In this document: positions 1-9,229 of the stretch, piece after piece
Layout of the letters: every line of letters starts with the position of its first letter
Numbering within the stretch: the stretch's first letter is position 1
Assembly (NCBI GenBank): GCA_964538765.1
Contig: CAZIHS010000003.1
Coordinates: forward strand, 631-64,630
Direction: 5' to 3'
DNA length: 64,000 nucleotides
Origin: an uncultured Gammaproteobacteria bacterium
Lineage (GTDB): Bacteria; Patescibacteriota; Microgenomatia; UBA12405
Notes under the pieces: model-generated
What the model saw: only the letters and a program-made list of their open reading frames with translations
Database searches by the model: none
What the model was told of the DNA's origin: nothing
Position numbers and translations under genes: made by a program

Positions 1-1747
1 ACAATACGATCAACTTTGGGCTTTACGCCACAGCAATGAACATGTCCTAACCCACGCCATGATCCGCCTCTACGGACCAGACAAATTTTATATGGCCATG
101 GGGCCGGCAACCGATGACGGCTTTTATTTCGACTTTGAACCCCTCAACAATTTCAAGGTTTCCGAAGACGATTTTCCAAAAATCGAGGCCGAAATGGCCA
201 AAATCATTGAAGAAAATTTACCAATATTCCGCAAAGAAATTACACTGGACGAAGCCAAAAAACTTTTTGCCGGCAACCCCTACAAAATGGAATGGCTAAA
301 TTCTATATCCAATAGGGGAGAGGTGATCAGTATTTACACGACAGGAGACCAATTTGTCGACCTTTGCGCCGGTCCCCATGTTTCCTCAACCGGTCAAATC
401 AAAGCCTTTAAGCTCCTTTCCATTGCCGGAGCCTATTGGCACGGAGACGAAAAGAATAAAATGCTTACCCGCATCTATGGCACCGCCTTTGAAACAAAAG
501 AGCAGTTGGACCAGCATCTGACCAGGCTGAATGAGTCCAGAAAACGCGATCACCGAAAACTTGGGCCACAGCTTGGCATCTTTTTTATTCATGAGACAGC
601 CCCGGGCATGCCCTATTGGCTTCCAAAAGGAACAATTATTATCAACGAATTGCTCAAGTTCTGGCGCGCGGAACACGAAAAAAGGGACTATCAAGAAACC
701 ATCTCTCCACAGCTAAACAAAAAACAACTCTATGAAACCTCAGGACACTGGGAACATTATCGCGAAAACATGTTTATCAGTGATATGGGCGAAGACGGTA
801 TTTACTGCCTAAAACCCATGAACTGCCCAAACGCCATGATTATCTTCAGCCTGGGTACACACAGCTATCGAGACTTACCCCTCCGATTGTCAGATTGCGA
901 CCCTCTCCACCGCCACGAAAAGTCAGGGCAACTAAACGGACTACTTCGCGTCCAAAAATTCAGCCAAGATGATGCCCATATTTTTGTTACCGAAAATCAG
1001 ATCAAAGACGAATACGAAAAAATTTTAGATATCGCCAAACTGTTCTACTCCATTTTCGGCATAAAATTTAAAATTCGGCTTGGCACCAGACCGGAAAAAT
1101 TTATGGGCGACATCGAAACCTGGGATAAAGCCGAAAAAGACCTCCAGTCCATCATGGACAGCGCCAAAATCGAATACTATGTCGGACCAGGAGAAGGAGC
1201 CTTCTATGGCCCGAAACTTGACATTATGATGAAAGATTGTATGGACCGCGAATGGCAAACCGGAACAATCCAGCTGGATTTTCAACTACCTCGAAACTTT
1301 AAACTAAAATATACCGACAGCGACGGTACCGAAAAGACACCCGTCGTCATCCACCGGGTTATTTACGGATCCATAGAAAGATTCATGGGAATTTTAATTG
1401 AGCACTTTGCCGGTGCGTTTCCACTTTGGCTCTCTCCGGTTCAAGCCAAAATCATTCCCATCACCGACGCCCAACACAACTACGCCCGGCAAGTGTCGGC
1501 CAAGCTGGCAGGGGAGGGGATCAGAGTCGAGGTTGACGACAGAAGCGAAAAAATGCAGGCCAAAATCCGCGACGCCCAGCTTGAAAAAATTCCCCTTATG
1601 CTCATAATTGGCCAACGCGAGGCCGAATCCAACTCGGTCGCCGTCCGCCAGCGTGACGGTCAAGACCTTGGGGCTGTTTCAGTTGACAATCTTTTGTCCC
1701 AAATTAAGGATTTAATTACCACAAAGTCCCTAAATTTGTTAAAATAA
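1..1747 (+). CDS. thrS: threonyl-tRNA synthetase (5' end cut by window edge)
   Basis: Frame open back to nt 2 (..LRHSNEHVLTHAM.. N2-domain RHS..H motif) before the listed Met. Class II core and anticodon-binding C-terminus. Followed by infC-rpmI-rplT as in the canonical thrS operon. Confidence 0.9.
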   Translation, partial: QYDQLWALRHSNEHVLTHAMIRLYGPDKFYMAMGPATDDGFYFDFEPLNNFKVSEDDFPKIEAEMAKIIEENLPIFRKEITLDEAKKLFAGNPYKMEWLNSISNRGEVISIYTTGDQFVDLCAGPHVSSTGQIKAFKLLSIAGAYWHGDEKNKMLTRIYGTAFETKEQLDQHLTRLNESRKRDHRKLGPQLGIFFIHETAPGMPYWLPKGTIIINELLKFWRAEHEKRDYQETISPQLNKKQLYETSGHWEHYRENMFISDMGEDGIYCLKPMNCPNAMIIFSLGTHSYRDLPLRLSDCDPLHRHEKSGQLNGLLRVQKFSQDDAHIFVTENQIKDEYEKILDIAKLFYSIFGIKFKIRLGTRPEKFMGDIETWDKAEKDLQSIMDSAKIEYYVGPGEGAFYGPKLDIMMKDCMDREWQTGTIQLDFQLPRNFKLKYTDSDGTEKTPVVIHRVIYGSIERFMGILIEHFAGAFPLWLSPVQAKIIPITDAQHNYARQVSAKLAGEGIRVEVDDRSEKMQAKIRDAQLEKIPLMLIIGQREAESNSVAVRQRDGQDLGAVSVDNLLSQIKDLITTKSLNLLK

Positions 1748-1814
1748 CCAAGCAGAATCTACCTTTTATTCAAATTAAAAGCATTCTTCTAACCAGTTAA
1801 TTTTTATTTAAATC

Positions 1815-2366
1815 TTGGCCACCTATCGAAACCAAAATCAGTCCCGAAAATTTTACAAAACCAATCAATACATCAACGCCCCCGAAGTTCGCCTGATTGA
1901 TGAAAACGCTCGCCAAATTGGTATCATGCCCCTGGCCCAGGCCCGGCAACAGTCGTTTGACACCGGCCTTGATCTGGTTGAAATTGCTCCCAACGCCAAA
2001 CCCCCGGTCGTAAAGCTCATCAGTTTTTCCAAGTTTAAATACCAGGAATCAAAAAAACAGAAAGCCGAAAAAAAAGGCATGAAAGGCGGCGAAACCAAGG
2101 AAATTCAAATGTCGCCATTCATTGGCCAGGTAGACTATGAAACCAGGGCAAAACAGGCGCAAAAGTTTTTAGCCACTGGAAATAAAGTCAAAATCAGTAT
2201 AAAATTCCAAGGTCGGCAAATTAGTCATCAGGAATTTGGTCATCAATTAATCGACCGTTTTCTAAAAGACATGGCCGATTTCGGCACCCCCGAAGGTGAA
2301 GCCAAATTAATTGGCAAAAGGCTTATTTTTGGGCTTACTCCAAGTAAAACCAAAAAATCTTCATGA
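1815..2366 (+). CDS. infC: translation initiation factor IF-3
   Basis: EVRLIDENARQIGIM and the C-domain KISIKFQGRQ match IF3. Start is TTG (non-AUG, as in autoregulated infC). The TGA stop overlaps the rpmI ATG (ATGA). Confidence 0.9.
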   Translation: MATYRNQNQSRKFYKTNQYINAPEVRLIDENARQIGIMPLAQARQQSFDTGLDLVEIAPNAKPPVVKLISFSKFKYQESKKQKAEKKGMKGGETKEIQMSPFIGQVDYETRAKQAQKFLATGNKVKISIKFQGRQISHQEFGHQLIDRFLKDMADFGTPEGEAKLIGKRLIFGLTPSKTKKSS

Positions 2367-2575
2367 AAAAAAATACAAACCGTAAGTTAAAAATCCGAAA
2401 ATCCGTAAGTTCCCGTTTCGAGGTCACTAAAAACGGCAAAGTTCTTCGTTCCTCATCTTTTAACCGCCATTTAAAAAGAAAAAAAACCAAAAAACAACTT
2501 CGGCGGCTTAAAGGTAAAAAGTTGGTTACCGGCAGTATGGCCATAAAAGTTAGAAAAATTCTTGGCCACGGCTAA
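2363..2575 (+). CDS. rpmI: 50S ribosomal protein L35
   Basis: Basic 70-aa protein, MKKNTNRKLKIRKS..., operon position infC-rpmI-rplT. Confidence 0.9.
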   Translation: MKKNTNRKLKIRKSVSSRFEVTKNGKVLRSSSFNRHLKRKKTKKQLRRLKGKKLVTGSMAIKVRKILGHG

Positions 2576-2587
2576 AATAATAACCCT

Positions 2588-2929
2588 ATGAGAGTCAAAA
2601 CAGGCTTTGTTCGGCGCCAAAAACACAAAAAAGTCCTCAAATTAGCCAAGGGTTTTTGGATGACACGCCACAAAAGAGTTAAGGTTGCCAAAGAAGCGGT
2701 TATGCACTCTGGCATGTATGCCTACATTGGCCGCCGGCTTCGCCGCCGCAACACCCGCACCCTGTGGATCACCCGAATTAACGCCGCCCTCAAAGAATAT
2801 AAAATCAGCTACTCTGTTTTTATCAACAAACTCGCCAAGAACCAAGTCACCTTAAACCGCAAAATCCTTTCTGAAATTGCCCTCAACGACCCAAAAACTT
2901 TCCAGTCTATAGTTTCCTCCCTCAAATAG
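2588..2929 (+). CDS. rplT: 50S ribosomal protein L20
   Basis: MRVKTGFVRRQKHKKVLKLAKGF...AYIGRRLRRR is a typical L20 sequence. Confidence 0.95.
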   Translation: MRVKTGFVRRQKHKKVLKLAKGFWMTRHKRVKVAKEAVMHSGMYAYIGRRLRRRNTRTLWITRINAALKEYKISYSVFINKLAKNQVTLNRKILSEIALNDPKTFQSIVSSLK

Positions 2930-3018
2930 TGACTCCAACTTCTTCGTTTTTAGTATTTTTCCAAAACTTTAAATAAAACGCGGGGTGTTTGTTCGCCCCG
3001 CTGCTGCGGGGTTTTTTG
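2929..3018 (+). promoter_or_regulatory. candidate pheST transcription attenuator: 15-codon Phe-rich leader ORF (GTG 2929..TAA 2976, MTPTSSFLVFFQNFK) followed by mutually exclusive hairpins
   Basis: The leader ORF overlaps the rplT stop (taGTGa) and has 4 Phe in 15 codons. Segment 1 cgcgggg (2979-2985) can pair with ccccgc (2996-3001). Alternatively ccccgc pairs with gcgggg (3006-3011) through loop tgct, followed by T6 (3012-3017), giving an intrinsic terminator 14 nt before the pheS ATG. Confidence 0.45.
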
Positions 3019-3031
3019 GTTAACACCATAA

Positions 3032-4075
3032 ATGTTAAAATCATCTATCTTGCAAAACTCGCCTTCTTCCAGCTTTGACTCCATCCTCTCAACCCTTCAA
3101 ACATCACTTAAAAGGATTACTACCCCCGCCGAACTTGAAAAAATCAGAATTAAATATCTTGGCCGAAACGGGTTAATAAACTCTCTATTCAATAAGGTCA
3201 AAACCAGCCCGCCGTCTGACCGCAAAAATTACGGAATTCAACTAAACCGTCTAAAAAACGAAATCTCCAATCAAATAAACCTTAAGTCAAAACAGCTCAA
3301 GCCCCCGGCAACTACCCCAACGTTAAAAGAAACATCACCACCGGCCTATCAACCACCAAAAATTGGTCACCTTCACCCCATTACCCAAACCGAAAGGCTA
3401 TTAAACCACCTTTTTCAGGGCCTCGGCTTCTCTATTTATGACGGCCCCGAAATTGAAACCGACGAATATTGTTTTCAACGTCTGAATGTGCCCCAAAACC
3501 ATCCCTCGCGCGACCTTCAAGACTCTATCTATATTCAGGAACCAACCTATCTTCTCCGAACTCAAACGTCTTCAATTGAAGCCCGTCTTTTGGCCCGCGA
3601 AAAACCACCTTTTAAAGCCGCTTTCCCGGGAAGAACCTACCGAAACGAAAAGGTCACCAAAAGCAATCATTTTATCTTTCATCAATACCAGGGTGTCGTA
3701 GTTGACAAAAACATCACTCTAAAAGATCTGATTGGCACCATCGATCTCCTTTTCAAAAAACTTTATGGTCAAAATGTTGTCGTCCGCTACCGCTGTAAAT
3801 ATTATCCGGAAGTTGAACCGGGAATGGGTCTTGATCTTAAATGCTTCAACTGTCAGGGGGATGGTTGCTCTGTTTGTAAGGGCGCCGGCTGGATGGAAAT
3901 GGGCGGCTCGGGTATTATTCACCCAAAAGTGCTTTCAATGGCCGGCATCGATCCTACCGTTTGGCGCGGCTTTGCCTTTGGTCTTGGCCTTGACCGCTGG
4001 GCCATGGCCAAATTCAACATTAAAGACATTAGAACTTTGCTCGGCGGCAATCTTGCCTATAAACCGTCAGTTTAA
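3032..4075 (+). CDS. pheS: phenylalanyl-tRNA synthetase alpha subunit
   Basis: FPGRTYRNE..HQ.QG, GWMEMGGSGIIHP, GFAFGLGLDRWAM class II motifs. Contains a CxxC-x4-CxxC knuckle as in Bacillus-type PheS. Confidence 0.95.
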   Translation: MLKSSILQNSPSSSFDSILSTLQTSLKRITTPAELEKIRIKYLGRNGLINSLFNKVKTSPPSDRKNYGIQLNRLKNEISNQINLKSKQLKPPATTPTLKETSPPAYQPPKIGHLHPITQTERLLNHLFQGLGFSIYDGPEIETDEYCFQRLNVPQNHPSRDLQDSIYIQEPTYLLRTQTSSIEARLLAREKPPFKAAFPGRTYRNEKVTKSNHFIFHQYQGVVVDKNITLKDLIGTIDLLFKKLYGQNVVVRYRCKYYPEVEPGMGLDLKCFNCQGDGCSVCKGAGWMEMGGSGIIHPKVLSMAGIDPTVWRGFAFGLGLDRWAMAKFNIKDIRTLLGGNLAYKPSV

Positions 4076-4081
4076 TTCAAA

Positions 4082-5896
4082 ATGAAAATTCTCTACTCTT
4101 TCCTCAAAAACAACTTTCTGAAAAATCTGGCGGTTGACCCCAAAACTCTTCGCGACGACCTAACCAAAATAGGCCATTTCGTTTCTTCGCTGGAAACCCA
4201 AAACTCTGATGCAATTTTTGACCTTGAAATTAGACAAAACCGGGCTGATTGTCTTGGCTACTTTGGCCTTGCCACCGATTTGGCCACTCTCTACAATCAA
4301 CCGATTTACACCCCTCCAGTTCCCTCCATTCCGCCCATTCAAACCACCCCGGCGCTTCCCATTCAAGTTACTTCCAAAAATCAGGTCAAACGGATAATGG
4401 CCATCAAATTAACCGGAATTAAAAATAAAACATCTCCCGCCTGGTTAACCGGTTTTCTAAAAATCCACGACATTAACCCGGTCAACCTTATTGTTGACCT
4501 CACCAACTACTCCATGCTTTATTGGGGCATCCCAAACCACGCCTTTGACCAGGAAAAATCAACCGACTTTTTAATTTGGGAGTTGAATCACCAGCACTCC
4601 TCCTTCGTTACTCTTTTTGGCACCAGTCTAAAACTCCGGCCAAACATTTTAATGGTCAACAACAAAAACAAAGCGTTAAGCCTTTCTTTTTTGGGCGGTC
4701 AGGAATCTGCTGTCACTCTTTCCACCACCCAAATAATCCTTGAAATGGCTGTTTACGATCACCTTCAGGTTCGTCTGGATTCCCAATTTCTAAAAGTCCA
4801 AACCGAGGCCGGTATCCGGCTAAACAAATATCTGGATCCAAACCTTATTCCTTCCGCCTTTTACCATTTGGTTTCCCTGATAACCAAATATTCAGGCGCT
4901 AAAATCGACAGTCAGCTTTTTGACTATTACCCCCAAAAAATTTCTGCCCCCTCAATATCTTTTGACCCCTCCAAACCTGAAAAATTCGCCGGAATTCCAA
5001 TTACTCCGGCCACTTCACACGCTATTTTAAAACGTCTCGGCTGCCAGATAAATAACAACCTGGTTGTTCCGCCCACCCACCGCCCCGACATCACTTTCGA
5101 GGAAGACCTGATTGAAGAGGTTATCCGTTTTGTCGGCTACGACACGATTCCCAAAAACGAACCAATTTCCAATTTGCCCCTGCCATCAATTACCCCGCCG
5201 ATCCTCCACCACATCGAAAAACTCCGCGACCAGCTTGTCACCCTCGGCTACGATGAAGTTCGGTCTTGGCCCCTGACTTCGGCCCCGGTCGACCAGGCCA
5301 CCGTCATCTCCACCCAAAACAACATCAACTCCCACTTTCCCTATCTTCGCCAAACCATCACTCAATCACTCCGCCGACAACTGGCCCAATACCTCTCCCT
5401 CAAACTGCCCCAACCTCAATTTTTTGAAATTGGCAAAACTTACCGGCGCCAGAATCATCTCTACCAGGAAAATTACTCTCTGGGTATCTACCATCACTTT
5501 GCCAGCCAGCTGTTACTCGACCTAAAATCATTAAATTTAACGGCCAAAGTTGAAGGCAACTTCGCCGAAATAATAATTGACAACCTCGACCGCCCAACAA
5601 ACTATCAGCCGCAAAGCAACCTTTCTGTCCCCCGCGAACTGACCTCTCAAATTATCACCCTGGATGCCAATGTCACCTTTGATTCACCCCAAGATCCAGA
5701 GAAATTGATCAAATCATACCAAGACAAAATTGACCAAAACATGCTCTGGCATCTTGCCATCATCGATATCTTCAAAAACAAATACACCTTCAGGGCATCC
5801 TACTTCAACTGCTCCGACAAAAAAGCTAAAAAAGTCCACCTCCACGTTTTTGGCCTGGAAAACATCCCCTTGACACCCAACAAAACTTCGCCATAA
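4082..5896 (+). CDS. pheT: phenylalanyl-tRNA synthetase beta subunit (short form, 604 aa)
   Basis: Immediately downstream of pheS. B3/B4 and B5-like segments and a C-terminal catalytic-like fold. Shorter than the usual ~800 aa. Confidence 0.85.
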   Translation: MKILYSFLKNNFLKNLAVDPKTLRDDLTKIGHFVSSLETQNSDAIFDLEIRQNRADCLGYFGLATDLATLYNQPIYTPPVPSIPPIQTTPALPIQVTSKNQVKRIMAIKLTGIKNKTSPAWLTGFLKIHDINPVNLIVDLTNYSMLYWGIPNHAFDQEKSTDFLIWELNHQHSSFVTLFGTSLKLRPNILMVNNKNKALSLSFLGGQESAVTLSTTQIILEMAVYDHLQVRLDSQFLKVQTEAGIRLNKYLDPNLIPSAFYHLVSLITKYSGAKIDSQLFDYYPQKISAPSISFDPSKPEKFAGIPITPATSHAILKRLGCQINNNLVVPPTHRPDITFEEDLIEEVIRFVGYDTIPKNEPISNLPLPSITPPILHHIEKLRDQLVTLGYDEVRSWPLTSAPVDQATVISTQNNINSHFPYLRQTITQSLRRQLAQYLSLKLPQPQFFEIGKTYRRQNHLYQENYSLGIYHHFASQLLLDLKSLNLTAKVEGNFAEIIIDNLDRPTNYQPQSNLSVPRELTSQIITLDANVTFDSPQDPEKLIKSYQDKIDQNMLWHLAIIDIFKNKYTFRASYFNCSDKKAKKVHLHVFGLENIPLTPNKTSP

Positions 5897-6012
5897 TCAG
5901 CTTATGGCTATTAGCAATGTTATCAATCCAATTTCCACTCTTCGCGACCTTCACTGCCGCCAGGGCGGGAGGGATTCGGTAAGCTAATTTTCATAAAATG
6001 TTAAAATTTACC

Positions 6013-6040
6013 AAATCTCCCAAAAAAGGGAGATTTTTTT
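6013..6040 (+). terminator. intrinsic terminator after pheT
   Basis: aatctccc-aaaaaa-gggagat hairpin followed by T7. Confidence 0.7.
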
Positions 6041-6059
6041 ATGAAGGAGGTGAACAAAT

Positions 6060-6410
6060 ATGACATGCGAAATTTCACCATACAAATGCAAAGCTGGAGA
6101 TGCACGTATATTATTTCAATTGCATCAACGAGGTGTAGATGTTACAACAATTGGACCAAATGTTGATTTAGAAGCATTGACTAAATTACATAGTCTTGGC
6201 GTGAATATCAAATCCTTAAGGCCCGATACAAACTTAGATTATTTACTCAAAGCAGTAAGAGTACAAAAAGAAAAAGGGCCAAAACCAAAGCGAGTAGTAG
6301 TAGTAAGACCTAGGCGACAAAAAGCTTTAGCAATAGAATCTTGCGACCAAAAAACAGAATACACTACTCCACCAAGAGGGGATTGCATGTTTAAGTCCGA
6401 AAGGTCATAA
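6060..6410 (+). CDS. hypothetical basic protein (116 aa), codon usage unlike neighbours
   Basis: Strong SD aggagg 9 nt upstream of the ATG. A/T-rich third positions (tta, aga, aca), unlike the C-rich host genes. 4 Cys and a PKPKRVVVVRPRRQK basic patch. 3' end overlaps the convergent PBP gene by 6 nt. Confidence 0.5.
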   Translation: MTCEISPYKCKAGDARILFQLHQRGVDVTTIGPNVDLEALTKLHSLGVNIKSLRPDTNLDYLLKAVRVQKEKGPKPKRVVVVRPRRQKALAIESCDQKTEYTTPPRGDCMFKSERS

Positions 6411-9065
6411 AACTCCCCCCGATGGTACTAACGTCACTGTCGGGGGAGTGGGGCTTTGCAATATCACCACTGTTGGAGTCGGAGTATTGGTTAAAGTTGG
6501 AATCAGCACCGTTGGAGTTGCCGTTGGCAGGGGAGTAACGGTTGGCGTTGGCGACGGGCTCCAATCCCAGGCCACATTCACCCCAACCGAAATTTCCTTT
6601 TCCCCGGCATTATTCTGACCATCAACCGCCTTTATCTTCAATTTATGCGGCCCGTTTTCCAAATTAACATCAGCTTCAAATGGCCGCTCGGCCCACACCT
6701 TCCTTTCCACCCCATCCACCCACAACCACACCTTTTCAATTTTCCTCGCTGCGTTCGTTCTAATTTTCACCGTCAGCTGATTCCCAACCGTCGACCGGTC
6801 AGACGGTGTTTCAAAATCCACCCCAACCATACCGTCATTTCGACAATACCCCTCGGGCGGAGAATACTTGTCCTTATCGGCCTGCTGGCCTATCCATTCA
6901 TCAATTCCTTCCTGCCAGCGGTTTTTCCCGTCCTTAGACACCACATCATCTTCCTTAAGTTTTAAATATTCTTTTTCGTCGAAATTGCCGTTGGCCACAT
7001 CCTCGGGAGTGGCCAAACCCGCTCTGCCACGGCAAATTTTCAGTTTTAAATGTATCGGATCACTAATTCTTGGCTGGGTGCCGTCAATAAAATATTCACT
7101 CCTACTGGCAAAACCGTCGTGAGCACTGTAGCCGGAAATTTTATCAACCTCAACATTTACAATTTTTTCCGGAATCGGGAAGTCCTGTTTCGGCCGACGG
7201 GGCAATTCAAACAACATCACTCTTCGCCAAATCGGCGTTGCCCCCGACACCCCCGAGGCCACTTTCAACATCGGGCTGTTGTCATTGTTCCCCACCCAGG
7301 CCAATACCAGTAAATTTGGCGTCCACCCGATTGCCCAATTATCCCTCTTGTCATTGGTCGTTCCGGTTTTTACAGCCACCTGATAGTTTGGCACCACCAA
7401 CCCGTTTACCGCTCCAAAAGTAATCTCCCTGGCCGAATTGTCTTGAAGAATGTGGGAAATTAAAAACGCCTCCTGCGCGCTCATTACTTTTGTACCCTCC
7501 ACCTTTCGATACTCCTCCATCACCCGGCCGTTTCTATCCTCCACCTTCAGCACTCCCTGGGCTTCAAGTTTTTCACCACCGTTAGCAAAAGCACTGTAGG
7601 CCGAGGCCAAATCAATCATCTTCACCTCGGCTCCGCCCAAAGTCACCGCCAAACCAAATCTGGCCAAATTCTCCTTGGTGGGTTTCAGTGTCGCCAAACC
7701 CATTTCATCGGCCAGGGTCAACATATTTTCCAGGCCCACCCGGGCCAACGTTTTAACCGCCGTGGTATTAATAGAATTTCCAAGCGCCATTCTCAAAGCC
7801 ATTGGACCATTATATTTTCCGCTATAATTTTGAGGTTTATAATCTTTTTGCCCGGCAACACCAGGGAAAACAACCGGTGTGTCCATAATCATACTGGCCG
7901 CCGTATATCCCTGTTTTATCGCGCTCAAATAAGTAATCGGTTTAATTGCCGATCCCGGTTGCCGCAAGGCCTGGGTAACCACATTAAATTTACCGTCAGT
8001 TTTGTCAGAGTAATACCCCCGCGACCCCACCATCGCCAGCACCTGACCGCTGACCGGATCCAGCACCACCACCGCGCCGTTTGAAATTCCCAGCTTTTCC
8101 GCTTTGTCAATTTCTTCGGCCAAAATCGCCTCTGTTTTGTTCTGAAGTTCCAGGTCTAAAGTAGTCGTAATTTTCAAGCCCCCGCCTTCAACTACCTCCT
8201 CTCCGTATCTTTGTGACAAAATATCCTTAACCCAAAAAACAAAATGGGGTGCTTCAATTTTGGTTTTATTCTCAAAGAATTTATAATTTTTCACTCCTTC
8301 CACCGCCAGATCTTTTTGCTCCCGGCTGATATAGCCGTCTTCAAACATCCTTTCAAGCACATGGTTTGCTCGGGCCACATACGCATCGGGAGTTTTTGAA
8401 AAAGGAGAATAAACATTTGGCCTTTGAGGCATCCCGGCCAGAATCACCGATTCAACCAAATCCAAATCTTTCAGGCTCTTTCCAAAATATTGCTCCGAGG
8501 CCATTCCCACCCCCCAAATCACTCCCCCATACGGCGCCTCATTCAAATACATCAACAAAATGTCGTCCTTTTTGTACCTGGCGTCGATTTGAACTGCCAG
8601 CATAAATTCCCTTATTTTTCTGCTCACGCTTCGTTCGGGAGTTAGTAAAACATTTTTCACCAGCTGCTGGGTCAAAGTCGAACCACCCACCAGTCTGCGG
8701 TTAAATATCAAATTTTTTATTATCCGGAAAGGGGTTAACGGATCAAATCCCTTATGCTTATAAAAATCCTTATCTTCCACCGCCACCGTTGCCTGCCTTA
8801 AATATGCCGGAACTTCATCCCAAACCACCGGCAATCTCTTGGCGTCCTTATAAACATCATACAAAAGCTGTCCGTTGCGGTCATATATCCTGCTCGAAAA
8901 ACCATCCCTCCTGACCACCTTGTTTGGAGACGGTAAACCCCGGGAATACCACAAAAGTGCCAGCAAACACCCCACCACCAAAACTCCGGTTGTCAAAAGC
9001 AAACCCATCACCACCCAATAATACTTCCTTTTTTGGTCGAGTCTTATTGAAAACCTCTTTCTCAT
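6405..9065 (-). CDS. class A penicillin-binding protein (PBP1A-like transglycosylase/transpeptidase) with a C-terminal extra domain and PT-rich tail
   Basis: N-terminal TM. GT51 motifs (RLVGGSTLTQQLVKN). Transpeptidase SAIK, SIN and KTGTT motifs. C-terminus (low coordinates) has a beta-rich segment then SPSPTPTVTPLPTATPTV... Confidence 0.9.
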   Translation of the reverse strand: MRKRFSIRLDQKRKYYWVVMGLLLTTGVLVVGCLLALLWYSRGLPSPNKVVRRDGFSSRIYDRNGQLLYDVYKDAKRLPVVWDEVPAYLRQATVAVEDKDFYKHKGFDPLTPFRIIKNLIFNRRLVGGSTLTQQLVKNVLLTPERSVSRKIREFMLAVQIDARYKKDDILLMYLNEAPYGGVIWGVGMASEQYFGKSLKDLDLVESVILAGMPQRPNVYSPFSKTPDAYVARANHVLERMFEDGYISREQKDLAVEGVKNYKFFENKTKIEAPHFVFWVKDILSQRYGEEVVEGGGLKITTTLDLELQNKTEAILAEEIDKAEKLGISNGAVVVLDPVSGQVLAMVGSRGYYSDKTDGKFNVVTQALRQPGSAIKPITYLSAIKQGYTAASMIMDTPVVFPGVAGQKDYKPQNYSGKYNGPMALRMALGNSINTTAVKTLARVGLENMLTLADEMGLATLKPTKENLARFGLAVTLGGAEVKMIDLASAYSAFANGGEKLEAQGVLKVEDRNGRVMEEYRKVEGTKVMSAQEAFLISHILQDNSAREITFGAVNGLVVPNYQVAVKTGTTNDKRDNWAIGWTPNLLVLAWVGNNDNSPMLKVASGVSGATPIWRRVMLFELPRRPKQDFPIPEKIVNVEVDKISGYSAHDGFASRSEYFIDGTQPRISDPIHLKLKICRGRAGLATPEDVANGNFDEKEYLKLKEDDVVSKDGKNRWQEGIDEWIGQQADKDKYSPPEGYCRNDGMVGVDFETPSDRSTVGNQLTVKIRTNAARKIEKVWLWVDGVERKVWAERPFEADVNLENGPHKLKIKAVDGQNNAGEKEISVGVNVAWDWSPSPTPTVTPLPTATPTVLIPTLTNTPTPTVVILQSPTPPTVTLVPSGGVL

Positions 9066-9229
9066 TTCACTATTTTATCAATACCCCCAAAGTCGGCACC
9101 AAACCCGATAACAACAACACCAACATCGACCCCACCAGAATAATTTTTTTTACAGTCTTCTTTTTAGGTCTAAATCTTTTGAAATCCATCTTTCACCATT
9201 ATAATCTATCAACCCCGCCAACTTCAAAG

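Noticed and set aside
3871-3900. CxxC-x4-CxxC zinc-knuckle insertion in PheS as a novel insertion
   Set aside because: The same knuckle (CF.C.G.GC.VCKG.GW) is a known feature of Bacillus-type PheS enzymes. It is not an intein or a novel domain.
8924-9229. Listed recG ORF starting at 8924 with a 102-aa N-terminal extension
   Set aside because: The extension overlaps the PBP1A start on the opposite strand and is low-complexity. The RecG wedge-domain N-terminus (MIKYPSIGPATAAKL) begins at the ATG at 9230.
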